Shown here piece by piece: positions 59,282 to 64,000 of a stretch of DNA of 64,000 bases. Below the pieces are notes generated by a model. The model searched no databases. It was given only the letters and a program-made list of their open reading frames with translations, and had not been told where the DNA came from. The DNA lies in assembly GCA_963783305.1 (NCBI GenBank), contig CAWAMW010000015.1, positions 128,001 to 192,000 on the forward strand. The letters run 5' to 3'. This DNA comes from an uncultured Gemmatimonadales bacterium. GTDB lineage: Bacteria > Gemmatimonadota > Gemmatimonadetes > Longimicrobiales > RSA9. Position numbers and translations under genes: made by a program. The stretch's first letter is position 1, and every line of letters begins with the position of its first letter.

Positions 59282-59515
59282 CTACAGGTCCAGCTTCTTC
59301 CGCCCGGACCTCACCGCTGAGCGAAACTCGTCCGCCACGTCATCCCACCGACCCACGGCGTCATCCGCCACATCCTCCACGGTGCGTGCTAGCCGGCGCC
59401 GCGTCCGGCGCCCGCTCTGTGGAGCGACGAGGAGCGCCAGGCCGGCGCCAATCGCCACCCCCACCACCACACCGGTCAGGAAGGGCAGGCCGTTACTGTC
59501 ATTCTCGTAGTACAT
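59282..59515 (-). CDS. YtxH domain protein
   Basis: FL.G...G...GA.LALL.APQSG..TR. Confidence 0.85.
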   Translation of the reverse strand: MYYENDSNGLPFLTGVVVGVAIGAGLALLVAPQSGRRTRRRLARTVEDVADDAVGRWDDVADEFRSAVRSGRKKLDL

Positions 59516-59563
59516 GCTCGACCTCTCGTGCGTAGTGCGTGTACGGGTGAGCCTCGACAGCGG

Positions 59564-59579
59564 TGCAACCGCTGTGCCT
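59564..59579 (-). promoter_or_regulatory. Sigma54 promoter candidate for ytxH-otsA-pdp
   Basis: AGGCAC-AGCGG-TTGCA (GG-N10-GC), about 50 nt upstream of the ATG. Confidence 0.65.
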
Positions 59580-59640
59580 GCCTCCGTTCACCGTACCATA
59601 CGCCTGCGCCATCCGGGGCGTCAAACCGCGCCGCACCGGC

Positions 59641-59656
59641 TGGCACCGGACGTGCA
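59641..59656 (+). promoter_or_regulatory. Sigma54 promoter candidate for the diguanylate cyclase-ligA operon
   Basis: TGGCAC-CGGAC-GTGCA (GG-N10-GC). Confidence 0.6.
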
Positions 59657-59775
59657 ACTCCCTTTATGGGATCGGGTCACGAGATTCGGTCGACCCTATG
59701 GGTCACATAAAGCGGTGTCCACGCGTGCGGATCGAAACCGCTCGACACTCCGCTGACACGAGAGAGCAGGGACGC

Positions 59776-62893
<3,118 letters not shown>

Positions 62894-62928
62894 TATACTC
62901 CACGCACGACCCTCGAACCTCGAGAACC

Positions 62929-63453
62929 ATGGCAGCCACACGCGACATCCAGATCCCGGCGCAGTCGATCCTCGCGATCCGGCGAGCGCTCATCCGACAG
63001 ACCGACGCAGCGACCGCCGTCCATGCGCTCCAGGAAGCCGGCAATAGCGCCGGCGACGCCCTCTTCGAGCGACTCGCCCACCATGGCGAGGACCCCGGCG
63101 ACACGCCCCTCGCAACGTTCTGGAACCGGCTGACCGCGGTCTTCCGGGAACTCGGCTGGGGCACCGTCGAGCATCAGGCGCCGCACCCCGGAGTGGGCGC
63201 ACTCGTGGCCCGCGACTGGTTCGAGATCGAGGACGGCGCCCGCACCCCCTCCTGCCCCTTCACCACCGGCGTGCTGGCCAATATCCTGGGGCGGGCAGCA
63301 GGCGGTGAGGTGGCCGTGCTCCAGGTCGCCTGCGAGGAGAGCGGCCCCCGCTGCGTCCGGTTCCTCTTCGGAGCGCCCGAGGTGCTCGATCGACTGTACA
63401 GCGGGCTCCGCGAGGGCCGCGACGTGGAGGCCGGACTGGCCGCGCTCTCCTAG
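62929..63453 (+). CDS. Stand-alone V4R-like domain protein
   Basis: ELGWG...CPFTTG.L....C....C.F pattern. Confidence 0.6.
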   Translation: MAATRDIQIPAQSILAIRRALIRQTDAATAVHALQEAGNSAGDALFERLAHHGEDPGDTPLATFWNRLTAVFRELGWGTVEHQAPHPGVGALVARDWFEIEDGARTPSCPFTTGVLANILGRAAGGEVAVLQVACEESGPRCVRFLFGAPEVLDRLYSGLREGRDVEAGLAALS

Positions 63454-63878
63454 TGCCTCGGATACTATCGGTCGATTACGGTGAGCGCCGCGTCGGCCTC
63501 GCCCTCAGCGACCCCACCGCCACCATCGCTTCACCGCTCCCCACGCTCACGCGCCGGAAGGGAAAGCGCCCACCCGTGGCGCCCATAGCCCGCCTGGTAG
63601 AGGAAAACGAGGTGGCGGAGGTGGTCGTGGGTCTACCGCTCACGCTCGAGGGAGACGATAGCGACTGGACCCGTGAGGTGCGCGCGTTCGCCGCATCACT
63701 GGCCGAGCGCACCGGTCTCCCCGTGGCGCTCCAGGACGAGAGAATGACGTCCGTGCGAGCGGAACGCGCCGTGCGTTCCCTGGGGCTCTCCAAGGGGAAG
63801 AGAGAAGAGAAGGAGCGGATCGACGCGGCCGCGGCCGTGCTGATCCTGCAGGCGTATCTCGATGCGAGGAGCTCGTGA
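63453..63878 (+). CDS. ruvX: YqgF/RuvX ribonuclease (pre-16S processing / Holliday junction resolvase-like)
   Basis: DYGERRVGLALSD, VVGLP, DERMTS, D..AA.LILQ. Confidence 0.93.
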   Translation: MPRILSVDYGERRVGLALSDPTATIASPLPTLTRRKGKRPPVAPIARLVEENEVAEVVVGLPLTLEGDDSDWTREVRAFAASLAERTGLPVALQDERMTSVRAERAVRSLGLSKGKREEKERIDAAAAVLILQAYLDARSS

Positions 63879-64000
63879 AGCGGATTCTGATCATGGCGCT
63901 GTTGGGCCTGACCGCGTGCGGCGGCGAGAAGAAGGGCGAGGGTCCGGTCCAGAGGGTGACCGTCCCGCCTGGTGCCTCGTTCGGGGCCATCAGCGATTCC
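63875..64000 (+). CDS. mltG: Endolytic transglycosylase MltG, 5' part only
   Basis: GTGA overlap with ruvX; signal/lipobox then VTVPPGASF..I; ruvX-mltG is a common gene order. Confidence 0.6.
   Translation, partial: MKRILIMALLGLTACGGEKKGEGPVQRVTVPPGASFGAISDS

Overview
High-GC bacterial chromosomal window. Gene content and order suggest Gemmatimonadota, probably Longimicrobiales-like; this is an inference, not a database result. Most of the window is housekeeping: speB, fur, nrnA, coaE, a fused 2-oxoacid dehydrogenase E1, the ffh-rpsP-rimM-trmD-rplS-rnhB block, purA, dapA/dapB/dapH, pilT, suhB, PBP1A, pdp, otsA, ligA, ruvX, partial mltG and tRNA-Lys(TTT). Three regions stand out. (1) At 9240-10047 a lone four-helix-bundle (TIGR02436/23S-IVP-like) gene sits between two arrays of GC-rich mini-hairpin repeats that are reverse complements of each other. 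(2) At 25363-35978 a minus-strand multiheme cytochrome locus carries about 45 heme-binding motifs: a 20-heme NapC-like protein, a split CbcL-like c+b pair, a 13-heme lipoprotein and a monoheme lipoprotein. It also holds a sigma54 two-component system and a degenerate CPBP protein with a readable -24/-12 promoter and tandem upstream sites, but no porin or catalytic subunit. (3) A CoaE-PHP phosphatase fusion lies next to nrnA. Smaller signals: back-to-back sigma54 promoters at ytxH/diguanylate cyclase, a KxNG variant in LigA, an orphan ABC-permease C-terminal fragment, a Fur-box-like site and an unexplained structured intergenic region between ffh and purA. No CRISPR array, integrase or transposase was seen. 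All family assignments come from motif recognition by eye.
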